The notes under the pieces were generated by a model. That model ran no database searches. It worked only from the letters and a program-made list of their open reading frames with translations, and was not told the origin of the DNA. A stretch of DNA of 41,122 nucleotides from an uncultured Bacilli bacterium. GTDB lineage: Bacteria > Bacillota_I > Bacilli_A > RF39 > UBA660. The stretch's first letter is position 1. Each line of letters starts with the position of its first letter. The translations under genes and the position numbers were made by a program. Shown one piece after another: positions 34,701-41,122 of the stretch. The DNA is taken from assembly GCA_944372025.1 (NCBI GenBank), contig CALVYE010000002.1, forward strand, positions 1-41,122. Reading direction: 5' to 3'.

Positions 34701-35054
34701 TTAATAAGTCTTTGTAAGCCTATCGCCATCGTATGTTGAAGCGACTGTATATTTATAATTACCATTGGAATCTGTACTTATTGTTATAGTAGCACTAATA
34801 TTTTCATCGACATTTTGCAAATACCCATTGTTTACTAAACTATTTAAGGATTTGCAAATTGAAAAATCTTCTATATTTTCAACAACACATCTTTTTGCAG
34901 CTTCATATATTTCGCTATTTAAAGTCTCATGAGCTCTTTCACTAGATCTATCTATTGTTCCTGTAACAGCAATAACAGATATTGTCATTATAATACCTAA
35001 AATTGCAATAACAGCTAAAAGTTCTACTAATGTGAATCCTTTTTTATTTTCCAT
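34701..35054 (-). CDS. Type IV prepilin-like protein (small, 117 aa)
   Basis: MENKKG|FTLVELLAVIAILGII class III signal, followed by a short alpha/beta head with two Cys. Confidence 0.7.
   Translation of the reverse strand: MENKKGFTLVELLAVIAILGIIMTISVIAVTGTIDRSSERAHETLNSEIYEAAKRCVVENIEDFSICKSLNSLVNNGYLQNVDENISATITISTDSNGNYKYTVASTYDGDRLTKTY
35002..35048. repeat. 47-nt perfect direct repeat, copy 2
   Basis: Identical to 34633-34679. Confidence 0.85.
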
Positions 35055-35113
35055 GCTATCACCTACTATATAAATTATAATAGATAATTTTAAAAATTAC
35101 TAGACTTAACCAA

Positions 35114-35151
35114 AGAAAAAAGATTAAAATGAATCAATATCAATTTTAATC
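35114..35151 (-). terminator. Rho-independent terminator overlapping the 3' end of the KH-domain gene
   Basis: GATTAAAAT / ATTTTAATC stem with a 12-nt loop, then TTTTTTC on the minus strand. Confidence 0.5.
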
Positions 35152-35372
35152 TTTTCATTACCATTAATATAACCACTAGCTTGAACTATAGTTCTTAATG
35201 CTTTTGCAGTCTTTCCAGCTTTTCCAATTAGAACTCCCATATCATCATTATCAACTAATACTTGAATGTGATGAAATTTTTCTTCATCAGTTGGGAACTC
35301 TTTAACTGTAACCATATCAGAGTTTTTTACTAATGCTTTAACTAACTCTTCTGTTAATTTAACATAGTCCAT
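35124..35372 (-). CDS. khpA: KH-domain RNA-binding protein (YlqC/KhpA-like)
   Basis: 82 aa with the VLIGKAGKTAKALRTIV GxxG KH motif. Immediately downstream of rpsP, as in most Bacillota. Confidence 0.75.
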   Translation of the reverse strand: MDYVKLTEELVKALVKNSDMVTVKEFPTDEEKFHHIQVLVDNDDMGVLIGKAGKTAKALRTIVQASGYINGNEKIKIDIDSF

Positions 35373-35374
35373 TA

Positions 35375-35647
35375 TTATTTACCTCTTTTTTCATCGTGGA
35401 ATTTTTTCATTATTCCAGTTTTACTAAATAAATTTCTAACTGTATCTGTAGGTGTTGCACCATCTTTTAACCATTTTAGAGCTTTTTCTTCATCTATTTT
35501 GATTTCTGCAGGTTCAATAATTGGATTATAAGTACCAACAGTTTCTATAAATCTTCCGTCTCTAGGGCTTCTTGAATCTGAAGCAACGATTCTATAAAAT
35601 GGTCTTTTTTTCGCACCCATTCTTTTTAATCTTAATTTTACAGCCAT
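35375..35647 (-). CDS. rpsP: 30S ribosomal protein S16
   Basis: [42 protein letters not shown] is canonical S16. Confidence 0.95.
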   Translation of the reverse strand: MAVKLRLKRMGAKKRPFYRIVASDSRSPRDGRFIETVGTYNPIIEPAEIKIDEEKALKWLKDGATPTDTVRNLFSKTGIMKKFHDEKRGK

Positions 35648-35679
35648 TTATATTTCCTCCTTTTTTCTATGAGTATTAT

Positions 35680-35725
35680 AACAAAACAAAATTAAAGTGT
35701 CAACATATTTTGGTTGACACTTTAA
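35680..35725 (-). terminator. Rho-independent terminator after cotE
   Basis: 13-bp stem TTAAAGTGTCAAC / GTTGACACTTTAA with an 8-nt loop and a T-rich tail on the minus strand. Confidence 0.65.
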
Positions 35726-36256
35726 TTATATGAATTTTTCCTCTACATTATCATCAATTTCTTTTTCAACTTTTTCATCCATTTCGTCTTCAATTATATC
35801 CCATGGTTCTTCATCATCTTCTATAGATATTTTCATTTTTGTTTCTCCAATTATTTCTATACCTAATTCTTTTTCGATTGTATATTCGATATTACCATCT
35901 ACTATATTTACATTAGTACATGTAGGTTGTTTTAAACTTCTAACAATAATACTGTTATCACTAGAAAGATTTGCATTCTCTTTTTTTCTTACACTGACTA
36001 CTTCACTATAATCTTGTCTTTTAGTAACTACAGAAGTTTTACTATTATTATCATATGAATACCAAATGTTTACATCGTAACTACCTTCAATAGTTATCTT
36101 TCCATTTGATTCATATCCTTTAAATTGATGATTAATTACCCAACATCCTAAAACTGTTGAAGGTTCTACTTCTGTAGTTAAAACATAGTCATTTTTGAAA
36201 AATTTCTTGCCTTTACCTAATATAGCTTTAGTAACAATTTCTTTAAATGCTGACAC
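35726..36256 (-). CDS. cotE: Outer spore coat morphogenetic protein CotE
   Basis: Collinear with B. subtilis CotE as I recall it (EIVTKAILGKGKKF..., GCWVINHQF, IEGSYDVNIWYSYDNNSKT, acidic C-terminal tail). GTG start after GAGGGGGG. Adjacent to miaB, as in Bacillus. Confidence 0.8.
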   Translation of the reverse strand: MSAFKEIVTKAILGKGKKFFKNDYVLTTEVEPSTVLGCWVINHQFKGYESNGKITIEGSYDVNIWYSYDNNSKTSVVTKRQDYSEVVSVRKKENANLSSDNSIIVRSLKQPTCTNVNIVDGNIEYTIEKELGIEIIGETKMKISIEDDEEPWDIIEDEMDEKVEKEIDDNVEEKFI

Positions 36257-36292
36257 TGGTAATCCCCCCTCACTTTAATCTATGCTTAAGCA

Positions 36293-36323
36293 CTAAAAAA
36301 GTGTCTTAAAAATTAGACACTTT
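36293..36323 (-). terminator. Rho-independent terminator after miaB
   Basis: AAAGTGTCT / AGACACTTT stem with a T-run on the minus strand. Confidence 0.6.
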
Positions 36324-36339
36324 AAATATTTATTTTTAT

Positions 36340-37758
36340 TTAATCTATGATTTCTCCATTTAGACTCCAAGTTTTAGCATCTGTAACTTTTACATTTACA
36401 ATTTTACCAATGTTCTTTTTATCTCCTTTAACATTAATAAGTTTATTAGTATCTGTATATCCCATAAGCATATCGTTACCTTTTTCACTGTATCCTTCAA
36501 TTAATACACTTACTTTCTTATTAAGAAGTTTTTTATTGCTTTCTAAGGCATATTTACTTACAAGCTTGTTTAATCTTTCTAACCTTTCTTTTTTCTCATC
36601 TTCGGTTATATTGTCTTTCATTTTAGCTGCAGGAGTTCCAACTCTTGGAGAATATATGAAAGTGTATGCTAAATCAAATTTACATTTATTATATAGATCT
36701 AGAGTTTCTTCAAAATCTTCATCTGTTTCATTTGGAAATCCTACGATAATATCTGTTGTTATACTTATATTTTTAATTCCTTCTCTCATTTTATTAAATA
36801 GAGTTAGATAACTTTCTTTTGTATATCTTCTACCCATTAATTTTAAAATATTATTGCTTCCAGATTGAACAGGTAGATGTATAAAAGGTAAGATATTATC
36901 ATATTTATTTATTATTTCAATCATATTGTCTGTAAAATCCCATGGATGTGAGGTAACAAATTTGATTCTTTTTATTCCTGTTTTAGCAACATCTTCTAAT
37001 AAATTTTCCATTCTATAGTCATCATATAAGTCTTTACCATAAGCGTTTACATTTTGACCTAGTAGTGTTACTTCTAAAACACCATCTTTAATTAGATTAT
37101 TGACTTCTAAAATTATATCTTCATGTTTTCTACTTCTTTGTTTTCCCCTTGTATAAGGAACTATACAATAAGTACAGAATTTATCACACCCATACATAAT
37201 ATTTATCCAAGATTTATATTTATTATCTCTTATATATGGAAGATTTTCTATAATGTCTCCTTCCTTACTATATACTTCGATTTCTTGTTCTTTATTTTTA
37301 GCAACTTCATTTAGTAGTATCGGAAATCTATGAATATTATGAGTTCCAAAAACTAAATCTACCCACTTCATTTTAGTTTTAATTTCATTTACAACAATTT
37401 CTTCTTGTGCCATACATCCACATAAACAAGTAATAATATTAGGTCTTTCTTCTCTTAAATGTTTAATTCTTCCTAACATTCCAAATACTTTGTTGTGAGC
37501 ATTTTCTCTAATCGCACATGTATTTAATATTATTACATCTGCTTTTTCCATTGTGTCATTATTTGTATATCCCATATCTTCCAACATTGCTCTTATAACT
37601 TCAGAATCATGTTCATTCATTTGACATCCATATGTTTTAATATGATAAGTTTTATTAGTACCGATTTTCATATCATCAGTTATATTGTATTCATTATATA
37701 ATATGTTAACTTTATTTTTAGTTCGTTTTTTTGCTTCTATCATACTAGGTGTTTTCAT
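36340..37758 (-). CDS. miaB: tRNA-2-methylthio-N6-dimethylallyladenosine synthase MiaB (radical SAM methylthiotransferase)
   Basis: YHIKTYGCQMNEHDSE N-terminal cluster, radical SAM motif GCDKFCTYCIVP, and a TRAM C-terminus. AGAGGGAG RBS precedes the ATG at 37758. Confidence 0.9.
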   Translation of the reverse strand: MKTPSMIEAKKRTKNKVNILYNEYNITDDMKIGTNKTYHIKTYGCQMNEHDSEVIRAMLEDMGYTNNDTMEKADVIILNTCAIRENAHNKVFGMLGRIKHLREERPNIITCLCGCMAQEEIVVNEIKTKMKWVDLVFGTHNIHRFPILLNEVAKNKEQEIEVYSKEGDIIENLPYIRDNKYKSWINIMYGCDKFCTYCIVPYTRGKQRSRKHEDIILEVNNLIKDGVLEVTLLGQNVNAYGKDLYDDYRMENLLEDVAKTGIKRIKFVTSHPWDFTDNMIEIINKYDNILPFIHLPVQSGSNNILKLMGRRYTKESYLTLFNKMREGIKNISITTDIIVGFPNETDEDFEETLDLYNKCKFDLAYTFIYSPRVGTPAAKMKDNITEDEKKERLERLNKLVSKYALESNKKLLNKKVSVLIEGYSEKGNDMLMGYTDTNKLINVKGDKKNIGKIVNVKVTDAKTWSLNGEIID

Positions 37759-37827
37759 GTTACTCCCTCTTTTCACTTTGTAATTATATCAAATTTATAA
37801 GGAAAAAGAAATTGATAAACCAATTTC

Positions 37828-38364
37828 TTAATAAGTTTCTACAATTAATTTAGAACTAAAACTTTTATTTTGCGCTTCATTATTCACATTATAATCTAAC
37901 CAGATTAGATATTCAAAATCTATAGTTTTATTTTTATTTATAGTTCCTTCTTTTAAAATTAAATCAATATAATCTTCACTGTTTTTAGGTCCCAAATTAC
38001 CTAAATTACTAATATATTCTTTATCATCCATTTTTAAGTAATAATTAAACCATTCTGGTTTAACTGTAGAATTATACATTCTATAGATTAATCTATAATT
38101 CATTTTTGAATTATTAGGATTATATATTTGATAATGGCTTTTATTATATTCTTTTAAGGCTATATCATTTGTTACTGGTACAATATTTGTTAATTCTAAG
38201 GGTGTTACTTCTTTTAATTCTAAAGCATTAATTTTATTACTATAGGCAAAAACTTGACTAGGTGTATCCCCTTTATAAAATACAATAAAATTAAAGACTA
38301 TTATTAAGATTGCAAATACTATTTCAAAAGACAAATACATAATTTTTTTATTTATATTATCCAT
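37828..38364 (-). CDS. Divergent TasA/camelysin-like paralogue (possible accessory or anchor subunit)
   Basis: N-terminal anchor ending ...QVFAYS. The C-terminus FEYLIWLDYNVNNEAQNKSFSSKLIVE is homologous to the Y-x-LYVYI...EQ/QN..LQ ends of the four upstream paralogues. Confidence 0.4.
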   Translation of the reverse strand: MDNINKKIMYLSFEIVFAILIIVFNFIVFYKGDTPSQVFAYSNKINALELKEVTPLELTNIVPVTNDIALKEYNKSHYQIYNPNNSKMNYRLIYRMYNSTVKPEWFNYYLKMDDKEYISNLGNLGPKNSEDYIDLILKEGTINKNKTIDFEYLIWLDYNVNNEAQNKSFSSKLIVETY

Positions 38365-38412
38365 ATTATCCCCCTCTTTTGACTGTATATTATAGCATAA
38401 AGAGAAAAATAA

Positions 38413-38443
38413 TACAAATAAAAAGAACTCATATGAGTTCTTT
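38413..38443 (-). terminator. Rho-independent terminator
   Basis: AAAGAACTC ATAT GAGTTCTTT hairpin with a T-rich tail on the minus strand. Confidence 0.6.
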
Positions 38444-38449
38444 GATCAA

Positions 38450-39040
38450 CTATGGTGCAGGTGTTTGTGCTAAAGCATTCATAGTTGCACTAATTGTTAC
38501 AGCTTGTAAATTATCTTGGTTTTGATTTGTTTCTTTAATATATACATATAATGTATAAGTATCATCAGTAGAAGCTGTTAAAGCTTTAGCTGTACCATTA
38601 ATTGTTGTTGAAGAAGATATTGTACTAAAACTACCAGTTTTTACTAAAGTACCAGTTTCAGCAGTTCCTTCATATAAAGCATATTCAATATCAGCTATTG
38701 TTCCTTGATTAGGAAGTTCTTTAATTCCAGAAGCAGCTCCTAATAATTGAATATTATATGTACCACCAGTAACAGTTGTACCAGCACCTTTTACATTAAA
38801 TGTAAATTTTGCGATATCAGCATTAGTATCAGCAGTATCAGTTGCAAATGTTGTTGGGTTAATGTTTGATTGTGCAGTTTCTGATAAAGTTGATTGAACT
38901 TCTAACTTACCAGTTTGAACGTTTTGGTTTGTTGTTGTTGCAGTAGCAGTGAAGTATGCAAATGATGCTCCAACTAAAGCTACTAAAAGAGTACAAACAC
39001 CAAGAACTGTTAATAATACACTATTTTTATTATTTTCCAT
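38450..39040 (-). CDS. TasA/camelysin-like (Peptidase_M73-like) secreted protein with a SipW-type signal peptide, type B copy 2
   Basis: LVGASFAYFTATATTT signal end. GKLEVQ, NINPTTF and YTLYVYIKETNQNQDNLQAVTISATMNALAQ parallel camelysin/TasA landmarks. GAGGAGGG RBS precedes the ATG at 39040. Confidence 0.55.
   Translation of the reverse strand: MENNKNSVLLTVLGVCTLLVALVGASFAYFTATATTTNQNVQTGKLEVQSTLSETAQSNINPTTFATDTADTNADIAKFTFNVKGAGTTVTGGTYNIQLLGAASGIKELPNQGTIADIEYALYEGTAETGTLVKTGSFSTISSSTTINGTAKALTASTDDTYTLYVYIKETNQNQDNLQAVTISATMNALAQTPAP
38934..38971. repeat. 38-nt segment identical to 40275-40312 (signal-peptide region of the two type B paralogues)
   Basis: GTTGTTGCAGTAGCAGTGAAGTATGCAAATGATGCTCC occurs at both sites. 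Confidence 0.8.
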
Positions 39041-39058
39041 GTTTTCCCTCCTCACTTA

Positions 39059-39637
39059 TTATAGACTTGTTGTTGCATCAGCAGTAAATGTTAAATCAAA
39101 ACTTATATCTTGTAACTTGTCTTGTGCTTCATTTTTGTTTTCGATCCATACATATACATCGTATGTACCACTTAAAGTACCAGAACTATAAGCAATATCA
39201 GATAAAATTGGTGTACTAGTTGCTGTTCCTGTAAATGATGTTGCTGCAACTACTTCATCTTCGCCATTATAAACGGCATATTTTATATCAGAAACATTAC
39301 CACCAGTTTTATCATCTTGTAAAGTAATTGTTGGTTCATTCATCGCAATATCATATGTACCTGATGTAGTTGTACTTCCTGAAACACTTAAAGTAATTTT
39401 AACTATATCAGTATTAGAACCATCATCAGCAGCTTCTTTTGAGAACGTTGTTGGTTTAATATTTTCAACACTATTATCAGAAGCTGTTAAAGTAATACTT
39501 GATGAACCAGTTGTTACTGTCTTTGTAGTAGTTGTACTTTGTGCACTAAAGTATGCAAAAGTAGCACCTACTAAAGCAACTAATAATGTTGCTGCACCAA
39601 TTACTGTCAATAAAACCTTATTACTTTTATTTTCCAT
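39059..39637 (-). CDS. TasA/camelysin-like secreted protein, type A copy 2
   Basis: LVGATFAYFSAQSTTT, NIKPTTF, GGNVSDIKY, YDVYVWIENKNEAQDKLQDISF. Closest to the 40408-40989 product. Confidence 0.55.
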   Translation of the reverse strand: MENKSNKVLLTVIGAATLLVALVGATFAYFSAQSTTTTKTVTTGSSSITLTASDNSVENIKPTTFSKEAADDGSNTDIVKITLSVSGSTTTSGTYDIAMNEPTITLQDDKTGGNVSDIKYAVYNGEDEVVAATSFTGTATSTPILSDIAYSSGTLSGTYDVYVWIENKNEAQDKLQDISFDLTFTADATTSL

Positions 39638-39658
39638 TTTCCTCTCTTACCTCCTACT

Positions 39659-39686
39659 ATTATAGAATAGCATATTTTATTTTCAA
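39659..39686 (-). promoter_or_regulatory. Sigma-A-type promoter TTGAAA-16 nt-TATAAT for the second TasA-like gene pair
   Basis: Read on the minus strand: TTGAAA at 39686-39681 and TATAAT at 39664-39659. The AGGAGG RBS lies downstream. Confidence 0.5.
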
Positions 39687-39743
39687 AGACAATATCTTTT
39701 TTCAAAAAAATTTATCAAAGTTTGTAGATAAAAAATTTATATG

Positions 39744-39775
39744 TAAAAAAAAGATACATAAATTAATATGTATCT
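39744..39775 (-). terminator. Rho-independent terminator after the first TasA-like gene pair
   Basis: AGATACATA / TATGTATCT stem with a 6-nt loop, then T8 on the minus strand. Confidence 0.65.
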
Positions 39776-39793
39776 CTTATTTTTCTTATTTTA

Positions 39794-40384
39794 TTAAGCT
39801 TGTTTAGCATCTACTCTAACAGTAGCACTAAGTGTTAACCCTTGTAAATCATCTTGAACAGCTTCAGTATCCAAGATATATACTAATAGAGTGTAATCAT
39901 ATGTTGTAGTACCAGAAGTTATACTAACTGGAGCAGTATTTAATTTTAAATCAGTTGTACTACCACCAAAAGTACCACTTCCTAAAGTAGAATCATCAGA
40001 ACCAATTAATTCCCATTTAATATCTTCTGGAACACCTTCAGTATATGATCCACTATCTGCTAAACCAGTAGCAGTCATATACATATCAAATGTTGCATCG
40101 ATAGTTGTATCTGTTGTATTAACAGCTATAGGAATTTTAACTACATCTGGATTACTCTTTTTTTCTTCTATATTTTCTATATCAGTAGCTTTAACAGGTT
40201 TAATATTTGCACCTTGAACTGCACCAGCAGTAGCACTTACTTTTAAAACACCTGTAGAAACAGCTTGATCAGTAGTTGTTGCAGTAGCAGTGAAGTATGC
40301 AAATGATGCTCCTGCTATTGCAACTAATAATGTTGCTACGCCTAATACTGTTAGTACTATATTACCATTTTTATTATTTTCCAT
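39794..40384 (-). CDS. TasA/camelysin-like secreted protein, type B copy 1
   Basis: IAGASFAYFTATATTT, NIKPV, YTLLVYILDTEAVQDDLQGLTLSATV. AGGAGG RBS present. Confidence 0.55.
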   Translation of the reverse strand: MENNKNGNIVLTVLGVATLLVAIAGASFAYFTATATTTDQAVSTGVLKVSATAGAVQGANIKPVKATDIENIEEKKSNPDVVKIPIAVNTTDTTIDATFDMYMTATGLADSGSYTEGVPEDIKWELIGSDDSTLGSGTFGGSTTDLKLNTAPVSITSGTTTYDYTLLVYILDTEAVQDDLQGLTLSATVRVDAKQA

Positions 40385-40407
40385 TTAAATTTCCTCCTAT
40401 TATTTTA

Positions 40408-40989
40408 TTATAATTGTTGTGCTGAACCACCTAATGAAATAGTGAAATCAATATCTTGTAATTTGTTTTGTTCAGCAGAATTATCACTAATGTATACATA
40501 TAAAACATATTCATCTAGAATTGCTCCACTACCGTCTATTGTAATGTCTTCTAGAATGTTAACATCAGTACTAGCTGCAAATGAACCTTCTGTACCAATT
40601 TCTTCACCTTCGCTATCAAATAGTCTATATTTGATATCAGAAACGTCACCACCAGTTAAACTGTCATTAAGTGCAATACTAGTTTTTAAGTTTACAGTGT
40701 AAGTACCTTGTACTGATGAAGTACCAGTAACTTTGAATGGGATTTTTGCAATATCAACATTATCATCATTGTTTGCTAAAGTGGCACCATCCCATGTAGT
40801 TGGTTTAATATTTGTAACATGTGTTGCAGCTCCATCTGCTTCTACGTTTAAGTTAAGATTAGAAGTAGTAACATCTACAGAATTAGTTGTAGATGTTGCA
40901 GAGAAATACGCAAAAGTAGTTCCCACTAAAACAGCAACAAATGTTAATGCACCTATTACAGTTAACAAGATTTTATTTCTATTTTCCAT
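40408..40989 (-). CDS. TasA/camelysin-like secreted protein, type A copy 1
   Basis: LVGTTFAYFSATSTTN, NIKPTTW, GGDVSDIKY, YVLYVYISDNSAEQNKLQDIDF. Confidence 0.55.
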   Translation of the reverse strand: MENRNKILLTVIGALTFVAVLVGTTFAYFSATSTTNSVDVTTSNLNLNVEADGAATHVTNIKPTTWDGATLANNDDNVDIAKIPFKVTGTSSVQGTYTVNLKTSIALNDSLTGGDVSDIKYRLFDSEGEEIGTEGSFAASTDVNILEDITIDGSGAILDEYVLYVYISDNSAEQNKLQDIDFTISLGGSAQQL

Positions 40990-41010
40990 TCTCTTACCTC
41001 CTATGTTTAA

Positions 41011-41039
41011 ATATTATCATATTTATTATTTACATACAA
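41011..41039 (-). promoter_or_regulatory. Sigma-A-type promoter TTGTAT-17 nt-TAATAT for the first TasA-like gene pair
   Basis: Read on the minus strand: TTGTAT at 41039-41034 and TAATAT at 41016-41011. Followed by an AGGAGG RBS and the ATG at 40989. Confidence 0.4.
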
Positions 41040-41122
41040 GTTATTTATGGCAATCGCTTAAAAAAATTAAAGGTTAACTGATACTTGGAATAACTTCAAA
41101 TATCAGTTTTTCTATATTATTA

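Noticed and set aside
36347-36811. 154-aa plus-strand ORF. ORFs at 37123-37314, 35730-36011, 38949-39191, 39586-39807, 40442-40702 and 40733-41077 are similar.
   Set aside because: They are antisense to miaB, cotE and the TasA-like genes, and their translations are low complexity.
1-41122. Search for rRNA, tRNA, CRISPR arrays and riboswitch-like GC-rich structured intergenic RNA.
   Set aside because: The intergenic regions are short (at most about 215 nt) and extremely AT-rich. They contain only simple hairpin terminators. I saw no repeat-spacer periodicity and no cloverleaf-like segments.

Overview
AT-rich chromosomal segment from an endospore-forming, low-GC Bacillota-type organism. Almost every real gene is on the minus strand. 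Most plus-strand ORFs in the track are antisense artefacts of AT-rich coding DNA.

Layout:
(1) 1-5.7 kb is a Bacillus-like sporulation and housekeeping neighbourhood: NifU/YutI-like, CotS/YutH-like, YutD-like, a DUF4015-type glycoside hydrolase, and YunB.
(2) 5.7-25.6 kb is a roughly 20-kb co-oriented block bounded by hairpin terminators. It joins a Gram-positive conjugation-type T4SS set to a Tad/Flp-type pilus module. The T4SS set comprises a VirD4 coupling protein, a lipoprotein, a CHAP cell-wall hydrolase, a VirB4 split into two coupled ORFs, PrgI/VirB3-like and VirB6/TrbL-like proteins, and two VirB2-like small membrane proteins. The Tad module comprises CpaB, a CpaF/TadA ATPase, TadB- and TadC-like proteins, and small prepilin-like proteins that share an M-K/R-E-x-x-G leader. 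The block also encodes a 934-aa cysteine-rich secreted protein. I can recognise no relaxase, integrase, replication gene or prepilin peptidase in it. This is the most unusual system in the window.
(3) 25.6-33.4 kb holds a catalytically degenerate VanY/M15B paralogue, an Rpn-family PD-(D/E)XK nuclease, two thioredoxin-like extracytoplasmic proteins flanking trmL, an intact VanY-type carboxypeptidase, rseP and cdsA.
(4) 33.5-35.1 kb holds two orphan type IV prepilin genes. One is fused to a glycine-rich (Gly_rich/ALK-GRD-like) domain.
(5) 35.1-37.8 kb holds khpA-like, rpsP, cotE and miaB.
(6) 37.8-41.0 kb holds five TasA/camelysin-like genes with SipW-type signal peptides, arranged as a duplicated two-gene module plus a divergent fifth copy.

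I saw no rRNA, tRNA or CRISPR array. All family assignments come from motif recognition by eye and need HMM or BLAST confirmation.
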